Below, piece by piece: positions 8,962 through 17,773 of a stretch of 64,000 bases of DNA; the first letter of the stretch is position 1; each line of letters opens with the position of its first letter. Both the position numbers and the translations under genes were made by a program. The stretch is from an uncultured Chloroflexia bacterium (GTDB lineage: Bacteria > Chloroflexota > Chloroflexia > QHBQ01 > JADMIH01): NCBI GenBank assembly GCA_963797095.1, contig CAWCNY010000006.1:896001-960000 (forward strand). Direction: 5' to 3'. The notes under the pieces were generated by a model. The model saw nothing but the letters and a program-made list of their open reading frames with translations, was not told the DNA's origin and did not search any database.

Positions 8962-10599
8962 GTGCCGGATTCCAGGGACACTCACCTTTCCGGTGGTTCG
9001 GTCGAGGAGGATCAGGTTAAGGTAATCGTTCTACGCGATCACCAGGTCGCAGAACGTTTGCTGGAGGATCTTCTCGCCGCCGATTTCGCTTCGCCGGGAT
9101 ATACTCTTCTGCTGGCGCGCGCCTCGATGCTTGGTGCGCCCTTGCTCGCCGCCGTTACTCGCCGGCTTGATGCCTTCAATCCGCGCGCCCTGGATGTGCT
9201 GGGCAGGGTGGTTGCCGTCTATCCAGACGTGCGCAAGGTAGTGACAGCGCTTAGGCGCACCGCCAACGACCGCCGGTTGCCCGACCGACGCCGCATGGGG
9301 GCCGTGATGCTGTTAGAGCAGGCGTTTGGCCTCCAGCCGCCTGACGATTTCCTCTCTACCTTACAGGAGCCTGTCCAGTCGGCCACTGGTCTTTTGCTGG
9401 GTGCCCTGGACAATCACGTTGGGAATCCCACCGCCCTGCGCGATTATCTTCGCGCCCTGGTGTTTCAGCCGCTTGACCTGCTGTACTCGGTGCTTGGCGC
9501 ACTGGCCGACGCAGGCGATGACCGCACCGTAGATGTGTTGCGCCTTCTCGCACTGCAACCTGACCCCGATCTACAAGTAGGGGCTATAGAGGCATTGGCT
9601 GCAAGGGGCACCGAACGCGCTCTCAAAACGCTTGCGGTGCTTGAGCTTACCCTTCCTGAGGAGACAGGACGCGCCGCCAACCGTCACTTGCAGAAGCTCA
9701 GGCTGAGCGGAGCAGAGGTTGCCACCCTGAGGACACCAACGGCAGATTGCCGAGCCTGGCTGAGCGCCATTGATGGACGAGGTGACCGGCTTCTGTGGCT
9801 GGCAAGCCCCCAGCTGGAAGGAGCAGGCGGATATACCGTGCTTGGGCTGCTGATCAACGACCTCGCCGGTGTGCTCGATGCTATCGGGTCGGGTTCGGTT
9901 CAAGAGGCTGCTTTGCCGCGCAGTCTACCGGTTGGCACTCTGCTGCCGCGCCTTGATTTGAGCATCAGCGGCATCCAATCATCAGATTCGGCGCTAGGCG
10001 AACATACCGGCGGTTACCTGGTGGTGCCGTTTACTTATGCGCTGGCGGTTTTACGTGAGGCGGTGACGTCCAACTGGGCAATGGGCACTCCTTTGCCTAT
10101 TGAGTACCAACTGCTTAACGCCTCTACATGGGAATACGCAGGCGGGTTGCCTATTGAGTTGGCGAGCGGATCATCGGGTGATGATGAGCCTGGCTCGGAG
10201 GCAAACCAGGCGGGTGAGGGCGAGAGCGATCTCCTTTTCGATACGCTCTTTGATAGCTGGTATCTTGAGGGCACGTCCGTACATGGTGTGGCGGAGGATG
10301 TGGCCGAACTGGGAGGGGCGCTCCCAGATGAATTGACTGATGATAACTGGCGCATGTTGCTGCCCGCCCTTATCCGTCTTGCTCACGACGAATTTGGGCC
10401 GGAGCTGCGCGCCCGCTATGCGTCGCGCCTCATGCGGATGGCCGAATGGTTTGATTATGCTGAGAGGCATAATGCCGCCGAAATGTCGAGGCAGTGTGCT
10501 CACGCCATGCTTAATTCACCTCCTGAGGCCAATCTCTTTGTGTTGCGGCTTGTGCAAAAAGGGATCCTGGTGGCCTTATCGGAGATGTTGCGGAACTGA
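8962..10599 (+). CDS. Hypothetical HEAT-repeat-like helical protein
   Basis: 545-aa ORF directly after the preceding gene. HEAT-like segments ALADAGDDRTVDVLRLL and AIEALAARGTERALKTL. Confidence 0.65.
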   Translation: MPDSRDTHLSGGSVEEDQVKVIVLRDHQVAERLLEDLLAADFASPGYTLLLARASMLGAPLLAAVTRRLDAFNPRALDVLGRVVAVYPDVRKVVTALRRTANDRRLPDRRRMGAVMLLEQAFGLQPPDDFLSTLQEPVQSATGLLLGALDNHVGNPTALRDYLRALVFQPLDLLYSVLGALADAGDDRTVDVLRLLALQPDPDLQVGAIEALAARGTERALKTLAVLELTLPEETGRAANRHLQKLRLSGAEVATLRTPTADCRAWLSAIDGRGDRLLWLASPQLEGAGGYTVLGLLINDLAGVLDAIGSGSVQEAALPRSLPVGTLLPRLDLSISGIQSSDSALGEHTGGYLVVPFTYALAVLREAVTSNWAMGTPLPIEYQLLNASTWEYAGGLPIELASGSSGDDEPGSEANQAGEGESDLLFDTLFDSWYLEGTSVHGVAEDVAELGGALPDELTDDNWRMLLPALIRLAHDEFGPELRARYASRLMRMAEWFDYAERHNAAEMSRQCAHAMLNSPPEANLFVLRLVQKGILVALSEMLRN

Positions 10600-10619
10600 G
10601 CAGGCGGCAAAATATGCCG

Positions 10620-11321
10620 CTATTCGTGCACTTCGCCCCGAATTGTTGCTACCACCCTGATTACTGCGAGGGTGGAATTATCGTAAAGGGCGTAAGTTTG
10701 GACCCACCTGTAGACCAGGGGCCGATCCGGGTGCTTGGGTAGTTCTTTCCCGGTGTAGCTGTAGAGAAGATACCTCTTTGCTTCGTTGCTGCGGCCTATG
10801 GCCTCAAGTTCCAGGTCGCCCGTTTGGAAGTCGTCTGACGTTAGTTTTAGCTGCCCTGTGACTTCCTTGAATGGGTCGAGGGCAAGGCTCACATAGTTCA
10901 CGGCTGCCAGCTTTGTGCCCTCCGATTTGATAGCTGCGCCTGTGATTTCCTGCGCCCTGTCGTCCTGAACGAACTCGCTCTGTCCCGGCTCGATCCAGGT
11001 GATGTCGCCCAGGCCTCTGGTAATTGCGTCACGATATTTGCCCGTTTCGGGCACTTCGATGACCTCCATTTCAGCATATGTCAAACTAGTAATTGTCTGT
11101 TCACTTTCAGGTGTTGGGTTTGCAGGCAGGACCGTCGCCGGCGAAACAGCAGGCCCGACGGTAGGCGTTGGCTGATTCGAATCGCCACATCCCACAAGAC
11201 CTGGCGTCGCCAATAATAGCATCAGGAGTATGGTGACAGGGGGTGGATACAACGACTTTCTCGTCCTATGCTCCTTCGGCGTGATATCCGTGGTATCATT
11301 ATAAGGAGGAAATAAGCTCAA
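10620..11321 (-). CDS. Putative lipoprotein
   Basis: Hydrophobic stretch ending in lipobox-like LVGC followed by a PT-rich linker. Start codon uncertain. Confidence 0.65.
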   Translation of the reverse strand: MSLFPPYNDTTDITPKEHRTRKSLYPPPVTILLMLLLATPGLVGCGDSNQPTPTVGPAVSPATVLPANPTPESEQTITSLTYAEMEVIEVPETGKYRDAITRGLGDITWIEPGQSEFVQDDRAQEITGAAIKSEGTKLAAVNYVSLALDPFKEVTGQLKLTSDDFQTGDLELEAIGRSNEAKRYLLYSYTGKELPKHPDRPLVYRWVQTYALYDNSTLAVIRVVATIRGEVHE

Positions 11322-11410
11322 CAGTACAAATCAGAATAGGATAGACGCTTACCCCGGCCTATCCGGGGCCATTTTCACTAAGAGTATAATACCTGAAATT
11401 AGAGGATAAG

Positions 11411-11722
11411 ATGCCGATCTACGAATATGAATGTAAGAATTGCAACAACCGCTTTGAGAAGCTCCAGCCTGTGACCGCCGACCCGATCAAGGTGTGCCCC
11501 AATTGCGGGGAAGAGAGCGTGCGTCGCGTGCTCCACCCGGTGGGGATTATCTTCAAAGGAAGCGGCTGGTATGTCACAGACACACGTAAGGCTCCACCAT
11601 CAGAGACCTCGTCCGAAGGCAGCAGTTCGTCGGGCAAGTCTTCGGAGGGAAAGAGCAGCGAAAGCAAGGATTCGAGCAGCGGAAAAGGCGAATCAGGCAA
11701 AGAATCCGCCTCCACGCAATAG
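11411..11722 (+). CDS. FmdB family zinc-ribbon protein
   Basis: MPIYEYECKNC...CPNCG...GIIFKGSGWYVTD with Ser-rich tail. TATAAT and RBS GAGG upstream. Confidence 0.93.
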   Translation: MPIYEYECKNCNNRFEKLQPVTADPIKVCPNCGEESVRRVLHPVGIIFKGSGWYVTDTRKAPPSETSSEGSSSSGKSSEGKSSESKDSSSGKGESGKESASTQ

Positions 11723-11736
11723 GCGATGAACTCGCT

Positions 11737-12591
11737 ATGACCGAGTGGATCTATGGGCGGCACGCCGTCGAGGAGGCGTTGAAGGCGGGCAGACGCAAGG
11801 TTCACCGCCTGTTACTGGCTGAGGCGTCTCCGGCCCGCGATATAAGTGTCACCCCGTCGAAAGAGGATAAAAGTAACAGACCGGCGCGTGACTCTAGAGG
11901 TTCGAAACGTGGGCAGAACAAAGACAACGATAGGGCCGACAGGTTTGACGCCATGATCGCACTTGCTCACGAGCTTCGCGCCCAGGTCGAGCGTGTGGCC
12001 CCTGCACGTCTCGATGCGATCACGCGGGTGGGCCACCATCACCAGGGGGTGGCCGCCGAGGTGTCGCCGTTTCCTTACATGTCGCTAGCCGATACCATCC
12101 GGCTTTGTGAAGCAGCAGGCAAAGATGCGCTTGTCCTGATCCTGGACGCGATTCAGGACCCGCAGAACTTCGGTACACTGCTACGCACCTCGGAGGCTTC
12201 GGGCGTGACCGCTATTGTTATGCTCGACCGGAGGCAAGTGGAGGTAACGCCCGCTGTCTCGAATGCATCATCGGGAGCGGTGGAGCATCTCAAGATCTGC
12301 CTGGCGAACAACTTGACACGCGCCATCGATGGCCTGAAAGAGGTCGGTGTGTGGGTGTACGCGTTGCAAGCAGAGGCTGAGGCGACCCCTTATACAGCGG
12401 CGGATTTGCGAGGGCCTGTGGGCCTTGTGGTAGGCTCAGAGGGGAGAGGAGTGGGGCATCTGGTTCGGCAGCACTGCGATGCGGCACTGGCAATCCCCAT
12501 GCGAGGCAAGATAGAGTCGTTGAACGCCGCAGTAGCAGGTTCGATTGTGCTATATGAGGTGCTCCGGCAGCGTGAGCCTGAGGGCAAATGA
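11737..12591 (+). CDS. rlmB: 23S rRNA (G2251-2'-O)-methyltransferase RlmB, SPOUT family
   Basis: IYGRHAVEEAL, HQGVAA, LDAIQDPQNFGTLLRT, VVGSEGRG, IPMRGKIESLNAAVA. Confidence 0.93.
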   Translation: MTEWIYGRHAVEEALKAGRRKVHRLLLAEASPARDISVTPSKEDKSNRPARDSRGSKRGQNKDNDRADRFDAMIALAHELRAQVERVAPARLDAITRVGHHHQGVAAEVSPFPYMSLADTIRLCEAAGKDALVLILDAIQDPQNFGTLLRTSEASGVTAIVMLDRRQVEVTPAVSNASSGAVEHLKICLANNLTRAIDGLKEVGVWVYALQAEAEATPYTAADLRGPVGLVVGSEGRGVGHLVRQHCDAALAIPMRGKIESLNAAVAGSIVLYEVLRQREPEGK

Positions 12592-12624
12592 TAGACCTGA
12601 GGTGAGCCGGTACTTCTCGCCTGA

Positions 12625-13104
12625 CTAACCGCTGTACTTGAACCCCGCTTCCTTCATGGTAAGAGGCTCACCATCCTGGTTGTAATGGGCGTCTACCACT
12701 TCGCCGAGGAACAGGATGTGGTCACCTGCTGGCTGTCTCGCTACAACACGGCATTCAACAGCGCCCAGTGCCTCAGCTAGGAGAGGAGACCCGGTGCTGC
12801 CGGTGGTCCACTCGTAGCCTATGAGCTTGTCGCCCACTTTGGCGGTTGATTTGCCGAAATGCCCCGCGAATTCTCGCTGGCCGCTCTCAAGAACGTTGAT
12901 GGCGAACACACCGCTTTCTCTGATTACATCGAGGAAATGAGCGGTATTCTCTACTGCCAGCGCCAGCATGCGAGGTTCAAATGACACTTGCCAGACCCAG
13001 TTTACCAGCATAGACCCGGTATTCCCTGCCTTGTCTGCGGTGGTGGCAACATATAAGCCGTATGTGAAAAGTCTGAGGGTCTTCTTTGCAACCGCGTTAT
13101 CCAT
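12625..13104 (-). CDS. Flavin reductase family protein
   Basis: TYGLYVAT, WQVSFEP, FAINVL, GDHILFLGEVV. Confidence 0.9.
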   Translation of the reverse strand: MDNAVAKKTLRLFTYGLYVATTADKAGNTGSMLVNWVWQVSFEPRMLALAVENTAHFLDVIRESGVFAINVLESGQREFAGHFGKSTAKVGDKLIGYEWTTGSTGSPLLAEALGAVECRVVARQPAGDHILFLGEVVDAHYNQDGEPLTMKEAGFKYSG

Positions 13105-13123
13105 TCGATATCCTCCCTTGTGC

Positions 13124-13178
13124 GTGAAACGTGATATGTGAGGACAAGTGACGAGTGACGAGTGACGAGTGACGAGTG
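13124..13178. repeat. Heptamer tandem repeat (AGTGACG)x4 with flanking related units
   Basis: AGTGACG four times at 13147-13174, intergenic. Confidence 0.85.
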
Positions 13179-13240
13179 CGTTGGGAAGGGCGCAATACGC
13201 AGTATGCCATAGTCATGTATCACATATCCTGTTCATCTTC

Positions 13241-13648
13241 TCAGCGAGTGTTCTCGTCTACGGGAAGCCTGCCCGCGAAGCCTGTGGAGAGCTCATGCCA
13301 GTATCCCACTTCGGGTTCGCCAAGTTGCCAGCAGAGATAGACCTCGCGGCCTTCGCGCATAGCCCGGAAATCGATCAGGCCGATGGATAGGTCCTTTAGC
13401 TCAATATCCCACTCATCGAGCTGGCGCAGTCCGGCACGCAGAGCATCGGTTAGCGCCTGGGAGGCTTGCACGACGGTGGGATCCTCAATCGGGTTGTGAT
13501 GCCCGTTGCTCTTGACTTTGGTCAGAACCTCGTCAATCCGCCCATCCACCATCCCTTTCTGTCTGCCAAGCGCCTGCAACTGTGTGAGCAACTCGGACAG
13601 TTGAGGCAGCATCATATTAGCTTCTTCCAGGGTGTAATATTTGGGCAT
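13241..13648 (-). CDS. DUF2203 family protein
   Basis: YYTLEEAN, ELKDLSIGLIDF, EVYLCWQLGE, WHELSTGFAGRLP. Confidence 0.88.
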   Translation of the reverse strand: MPKYYTLEEANMMLPQLSELLTQLQALGRQKGMVDGRIDEVLTKVKSNGHHNPIEDPTVVQASQALTDALRAGLRQLDEWDIELKDLSIGLIDFRAMREGREVYLCWQLGEPEVGYWHELSTGFAGRLPVDENTR

Positions 13649-13693
13649 CTTGTGAAGTTGAGGATTATGTGTTTCTTACTCTATATAGGCGAC

Positions 13694-14209
13694 TCAAGTA
13701 TCGCGTTTCAGATTGTGCGCCTCGAATTCGTCCATCATCGCCAGTACTCGTTGCAGGCGTTCAATTGCGATGTTCGCCACGCGCCTCACTCGCTCGAACT
13801 GGACAGGCTCAAGGGCATCAAGCCAGGTGGCGATATCTTTGTCGGTCATCTCGGCCCAGCGCGAATCGGTGCTGAGGCGAGTGCCTATTAGCTTGATGGC
13901 GTCGCGCCTCCTGGTGCGTCTGGCTTCCAGCTTTGGTGTGAGGCCCGCCGGGGCGCTGCCTGTCCCGGCCTCTTCAACCTCTATGGCACTTTCTATGGCC
14001 AGATCGAGGTCCTGATTTGCCTGGTCAGTGAGAGCTATTTCGGCAAGCACTCGTTCTATATCGGATGTGCGAAAGACGCTGGCCTGGCCCTTGCCGCTGA
14101 AAGGTTTGATCCGGCCCTCGTCCACCCACCGCAACAACTCGTTGCGGGTGATGCCCAGGCGCTCTGCCGCGGTTGGCACATCTATGAATTTGAAGCTATA
14201 TCCTGACAT
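13694..14209 (-). CDS. Helix-turn-helix (MerR/excisionase-like) domain protein
   Basis: IDVPTAAERLGITRNELLRWVDEGRIKP...FRTSDI. Start moved to ATG 14209 because the upstream in-frame extension is heptamer repeat DNA. Confidence 0.75.
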   Translation of the reverse strand: MSGYSFKFIDVPTAAERLGITRNELLRWVDEGRIKPFSGKGQASVFRTSDIERVLAEIALTDQANQDLDLAIESAIEVEEAGTGSAPAGLTPKLEARRTRRRDAIKLIGTRLSTDSRWAEMTDKDIATWLDALEPVQFERVRRVANIAIERLQRVLAMMDEFEAHNLKRDT

Positions 14210-14217
14210 GGGAAGGA

Positions 14218-14337
14218 ACGTGCAACGTGATACGTGGAAACGTGACGAGTGGCGATGGACGATAGAAAGCAAGTGACAATTGGCGACGGAGTAAACGGAG
14301 TAAGTAGTATGCAATAGTCACGTATCACGTTGCACGT
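14218..14337. repeat. Heptamer-based 19-bp perfect inverted repeat
   Basis: ACGTGCAACGTGATACGTG (14218-14236) / CACGTATCACGTTGCACGT (14319-14337). Confidence 0.85.
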
Positions 14338-14343
14338 AGCACG

Positions 14344-14958
14344 CTAATCTTCGGTTACCAGCACGAAGTGCTCTTTGGGTGCGCCACAGTCGGGGCACCT
14401 GTCGGGAAGTTGCTCGGCCCTGGTGAGCAGGTATCCGCAGTCGGTACAGCGCCAGACCAGTTGCATATTCTCGGCGCGTCCAGATACCACCTGCCCCGAT
14501 TGGACCCTTGCTATGTCCATTGCCAGGTGAGGGCGTGTGATTATGCCTACCACACGGCGTTCGTCATCCACGACCACGATGGGACGCCGCCCCATCAGGC
14601 CCTGGCTGTTGCCGTTAGAACCGCGTCCAGGATCGGTGCTGCCTGCGGCATTCTCCATCTCCCGAGATAGTTGCGGCACCTCGATGAGGGCAGTCTCCAC
14701 ATCGGCATCGACGTACACTGTTTCATAGGTCTTGTCCATGTATTCGGCGACCACGCTTTCCTGTGGGTTGTTGCCTGAGGCTGTGCAGCGCATAACGTCT
14801 TTGTCCATGATCACGCCCACCACATGCCTGTTCTTGTGGGAATCTACCACAGGAACCAGCGAAGTGTGCAAGTCGTCAATACAACGGGCGGCTCTCGCGA
14901 TAGTGTCGTCACGCGTCACAACGGGCGGGTTATCGATCATTACTTCGCTGACTTTCAT
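14344..14958 (-). CDS. CBS-pair protein fused to a C-terminal rubredoxin-like domain
   Basis: MKVSEVM...LVPVVD...VVGVIMDKD and VVVDDERRVVGIIT, then WRCTDCGY...PDRCPDCGAPKEHF. Confidence 0.85.
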   Translation of the reverse strand: MKVSEVMIDNPPVVTRDDTIARAARCIDDLHTSLVPVVDSHKNRHVVGVIMDKDVMRCTASGNNPQESVVAEYMDKTYETVYVDADVETALIEVPQLSREMENAAGSTDPGRGSNGNSQGLMGRRPIVVVDDERRVVGIITRPHLAMDIARVQSGQVVSGRAENMQLVWRCTDCGYLLTRAEQLPDRCPDCGAPKEHFVLVTED

Positions 14959-15127
14959 TCCTGGTCTCCTCTAGTCTCGCCCGATGGGTTGTGCGGGCGC
15001 ACACTCACTTAGTCTATGAGCAGAAACGGCGTTGAGAGAGCCGGATATGTCCGGCGTAATAGGGGCGTGTGGCGGCGCACGCTCAAGCGGATTATATCAC
15101 AGGGGTGTAGGGGCAACAAGATCGATG

Positions 15128-15808
15128 TCAAGTGCCGGGCGCTGCCCTGTCTCCCCTTATAGCGGACACCCGCAACAGGATGTCGTTGCCAAGCCCGGCA
15201 GAGCGTAATTCGTCGTCGCTGAAAGTGGCCAGAGCGGCCAGGGCGATCTCGGCAACTACTGCTTCGTCGCCCAACGCGTCGGCCAGGGCAGGTATGGCCT
15301 CGGTGATGTGTAATTTGCCGAGGTCATAAGCGGCGTTGGCTCTGGCATTGGGGTCGCTCCTTTCCTTGACCGCCCGCGACAGCAATACAGGCAGGTTGCG
15401 AGAAAGGCGAGCAGGGTCGGGGGCGGTGGCTTGCGCCCAGTCCCGGGTGTATTGTGTTAGTTTATCTTCGCCTAACGCCCACTGCAAGGCACGAATCTCC
15501 CCGGAGGTGAGTTCGCGTTCTTCGGGCGAGAGGTCTACAAGCGTTTCATTGTCGGCGAGCTTATCGCGGACAATATTCAATCTGCTCCTGGCTTCAGTCT
15601 CGATCTTGTCGCGGTCGGGTTCGACGCGCCCGAATTGTGCCAGCGTTTCCAGGGTGGCTATCTCGTCCTTAAGCAGGCTCACGGTCACATCCAGGCGCTC
15701 ACGTCTGTCATCCGATAGGTCCGGCCTGCGCAGTTGCCGGGTGTAGCCCTTGTAGCTCAGATTCAGGTGGTCAATGCGATTGCGTATTTCGCCCTGGCTC
15801 ATGATCAT
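15128..15808 (-). CDS. Hypothetical protein with C-terminal HEAT/PBS-lyase-like repeat
   Basis: DPNARANAAYDLGKLHITEAIPALADALGD. Coiled-coil-like N-terminus. Confidence 0.7.
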   Translation of the reverse strand: MIMSQGEIRNRIDHLNLSYKGYTRQLRRPDLSDDRRERLDVTVSLLKDEIATLETLAQFGRVEPDRDKIETEARSRLNIVRDKLADNETLVDLSPEERELTSGEIRALQWALGEDKLTQYTRDWAQATAPDPARLSRNLPVLLSRAVKERSDPNARANAAYDLGKLHITEAIPALADALGDEAVVAEIALAALATFSDDELRSAGLGNDILLRVSAIRGDRAAPGT

Positions 15809-15813
15809 TGTGT

Positions 15814-15842
15814 TTGACTAACACCCCCATGTATTGCATAAT
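15814..15842 (+). promoter_or_regulatory. Sigma70-type promoter
   Basis: TTGACT-17 bp-CATAAT upstream of the 15880-17739 genes. Confidence 0.55.
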
Positions 15843-15879
15843 TGGCTTTGTATCCCCTTTATACCACAGGAGTTCCGAT

Positions 15880-16095
15880 TTGACCGCACGCCGTACGCCA
15901 TCCGACGCCACCCGCAGTATTTTTTCGCTGGCCTGCATAGTGGTTGGCGCACTTCTTTTGCTACTTGTGCCGCTCTTGCTTATCGTTCAGGCGTTCCTGA
16001 GCGTGCAAGATGTAGAATTGCCCGGCACGCTGGTGATCCTGACAGTAGTGGGCGGCATGGGGCTGGTGGTGCTTGGCCTTGCCTTTCGCGCCTGA
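15880..16095 (+). CDS. Small two-TM membrane protein
   Basis: AGGAG RBS then in-frame TTG at 15880. Two hydrophobic helices. Confidence 0.6.
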   Translation: MTARRTPSDATRSIFSLACIVVGALLLLLVPLLLIVQAFLSVQDVELPGTLVILTVVGGMGLVVLGLAFRA

Positions 16096-16125
16096 TCGCG
16101 AACCCGCGTTTCCTGACCTCTCGCC

Positions 16126-16857
16126 TTGGAACAACTTGCTCCCAACCCAGCCACACCTCTAATTGTAGGTGGGCTTGTGCTCGTGCTGGTGATGGCGCTA
16201 CTGAGCGCGGTTGTGTGGGCCTGGGCTATGCGGAAGTCTCCGCCTGTGCCTGCAACAACCTCTGAAGAATCTCCGCCGGAAGAACCTCAACCGCTCCATT
16301 ACGTGGCGATTGGCAACACGAACATCAATACGCTTTTCGAGAGCAAGCAAGGCTCAAGTGGTGAAGGTTGGGCCGAGCGGCTGCACACATTATTGCCTGC
16401 CGGTACGCTATACTCTTCTCTGGGTGCTAATGACCGCACTTTGAACGAGGTGAACGCGAACGCCGTACCTGAGGCTGTGAAAGCAAAGCCGGACATTGTG
16501 ACACTGTGGCAGGTGGTTGGTGACTCGACGAGCGGCACGTCTCTTTCGGCTTATGTGAGCGAGCTAAAGAAGGCGCTTGAGCGTCTTACACGTGAGACGG
16601 AGGCCCAGGTTGTGTTGCTCAATCTGCCGGATGTTACATTGCTGATGGATGACCAGGGTGAGGAGCGCCGGGCAATGATAAGGGGAGGGATCGAGCAGTG
16701 GAACCGGGTGATCGCTGAGGCAGCCTCTCGCTATGGCCGCCGAGTGCTCTTGATCGACCTCTATCCAATCAGCGCTCAAATCCTTGTTCTGTCTAGTGGT
16801 AATGGTAAACTGGCGGATGCGGCCTGGCAGGAGTTGGAAGGTGCGGTGCAGTTATGA
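16126..16857 (+). CDS. Membrane-anchored SGNH/GDSL-fold protein with degenerate active site
   Basis: N-terminal TM. SGNH scaffold (YVAIG, KPDIVTLW, QVVLLNLPD, WNRVIAEAA, LLIDLY) without the GDS, GxND or DxxH residues. Confidence 0.72.
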   Translation: MEQLAPNPATPLIVGGLVLVLVMALLSAVVWAWAMRKSPPVPATTSEESPPEEPQPLHYVAIGNTNINTLFESKQGSSGEGWAERLHTLLPAGTLYSSLGANDRTLNEVNANAVPEAVKAKPDIVTLWQVVGDSTSGTSLSAYVSELKKALERLTRETEAQVVLLNLPDVTLLMDDQGEERRAMIRGGIEQWNRVIAEAASRYGRRVLLIDLYPISAQILVLSSGNGKLADAAWQELEGAVQL

Positions 16858-16914
16858 CGAAAGACGAAGGACGCTTGCCGCGTATCTTGCGATTAGCTCA
16901 GTTGGGTACATCAT

Positions 16915-17739
16915 ATGTCTAGTGCTCATGAGTTTCTGGAAGCCAGCTATCGAGACCTCAGGTTGGCGCACTATTACGACCTGGAATACAGGGGTTACAC
17001 AGACGACCTGCATTTTTACGTGCAGTACGCTACCGGGCTTGATCCGCTGAAGGCTGCCCCCATCCTGGAGCTTGGGTGTGGTACGGGCAGGGTGGCGTTT
17101 GCACTGGCCTCTGCGGGTTTTCGCGTGGTGGGGCTTGACGTGTCGGACGGGATGCTGGAGGTGTGCAAGCAGCGAGCCACGACGCGAGGATTGGCCGAGC
17201 GGTTTGAGCCTGTGAAGAGCGATATGCGCCATTTGGGAGGCTTGCCGTATGGGCAGCAGTATGGGCTGGCGTATTGTGCACTCAATACTTTTGCCTACCT
17301 GACGACCACCGACGACCAGATCGCCATGCTCAGCGTGCTACGGGGGTTGATGCTGGCGAGGGGCACGCTTATTCTCGACGTTACGCCTCCGTGGCCCCAT
17401 CTGCTGCCGCCAGGGGAGGGCGAGGTGGTCCACCAGGGTACATATTCCGACAACGATGGTGCGGTCGTCCATAAGTTCGTGACGGGCCATGCGGAGCCGT
17501 CCACGCAGACGCACCATGTAACGCTCCTTTATGACCGCGAAGCCCAGGATGGCACTCTTACTCGCACCAGCCACAATATCGTATTCAGGTGGACCGGACG
17601 GTATGAGATGGAGTTGCTCCTTAAGGGTACCGGGTGGTCTTTGCTAGAGGTATACGGCGGCTATGACCTTGAGGAGTTCGGTGACGAGAGCGCGCGGATG
17701 ATATTTGTGGCGAAGGCGCCGGTGGGGTCGGGTTCCTAG
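16915..17739 (+). CDS. Class I SAM-dependent methyltransferase
   Basis: ILELGCGTGRV, VVGLDVSDGML, SDMR, VYGGYD. Confidence 0.9.
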   Translation: MSSAHEFLEASYRDLRLAHYYDLEYRGYTDDLHFYVQYATGLDPLKAAPILELGCGTGRVAFALASAGFRVVGLDVSDGMLEVCKQRATTRGLAERFEPVKSDMRHLGGLPYGQQYGLAYCALNTFAYLTTTDDQIAMLSVLRGLMLARGTLILDVTPPWPHLLPPGEGEVVHQGTYSDNDGAVVHKFVTGHAEPSTQTHHVTLLYDREAQDGTLTRTSHNIVFRWTGRYEMELLLKGTGWSLLEVYGGYDLEEFGDESARMIFVAKAPVGSGS

Positions 17740-17773
17740 TTCCAAGTTCCTGGTTTGTGGCCCTGGCTGATCG

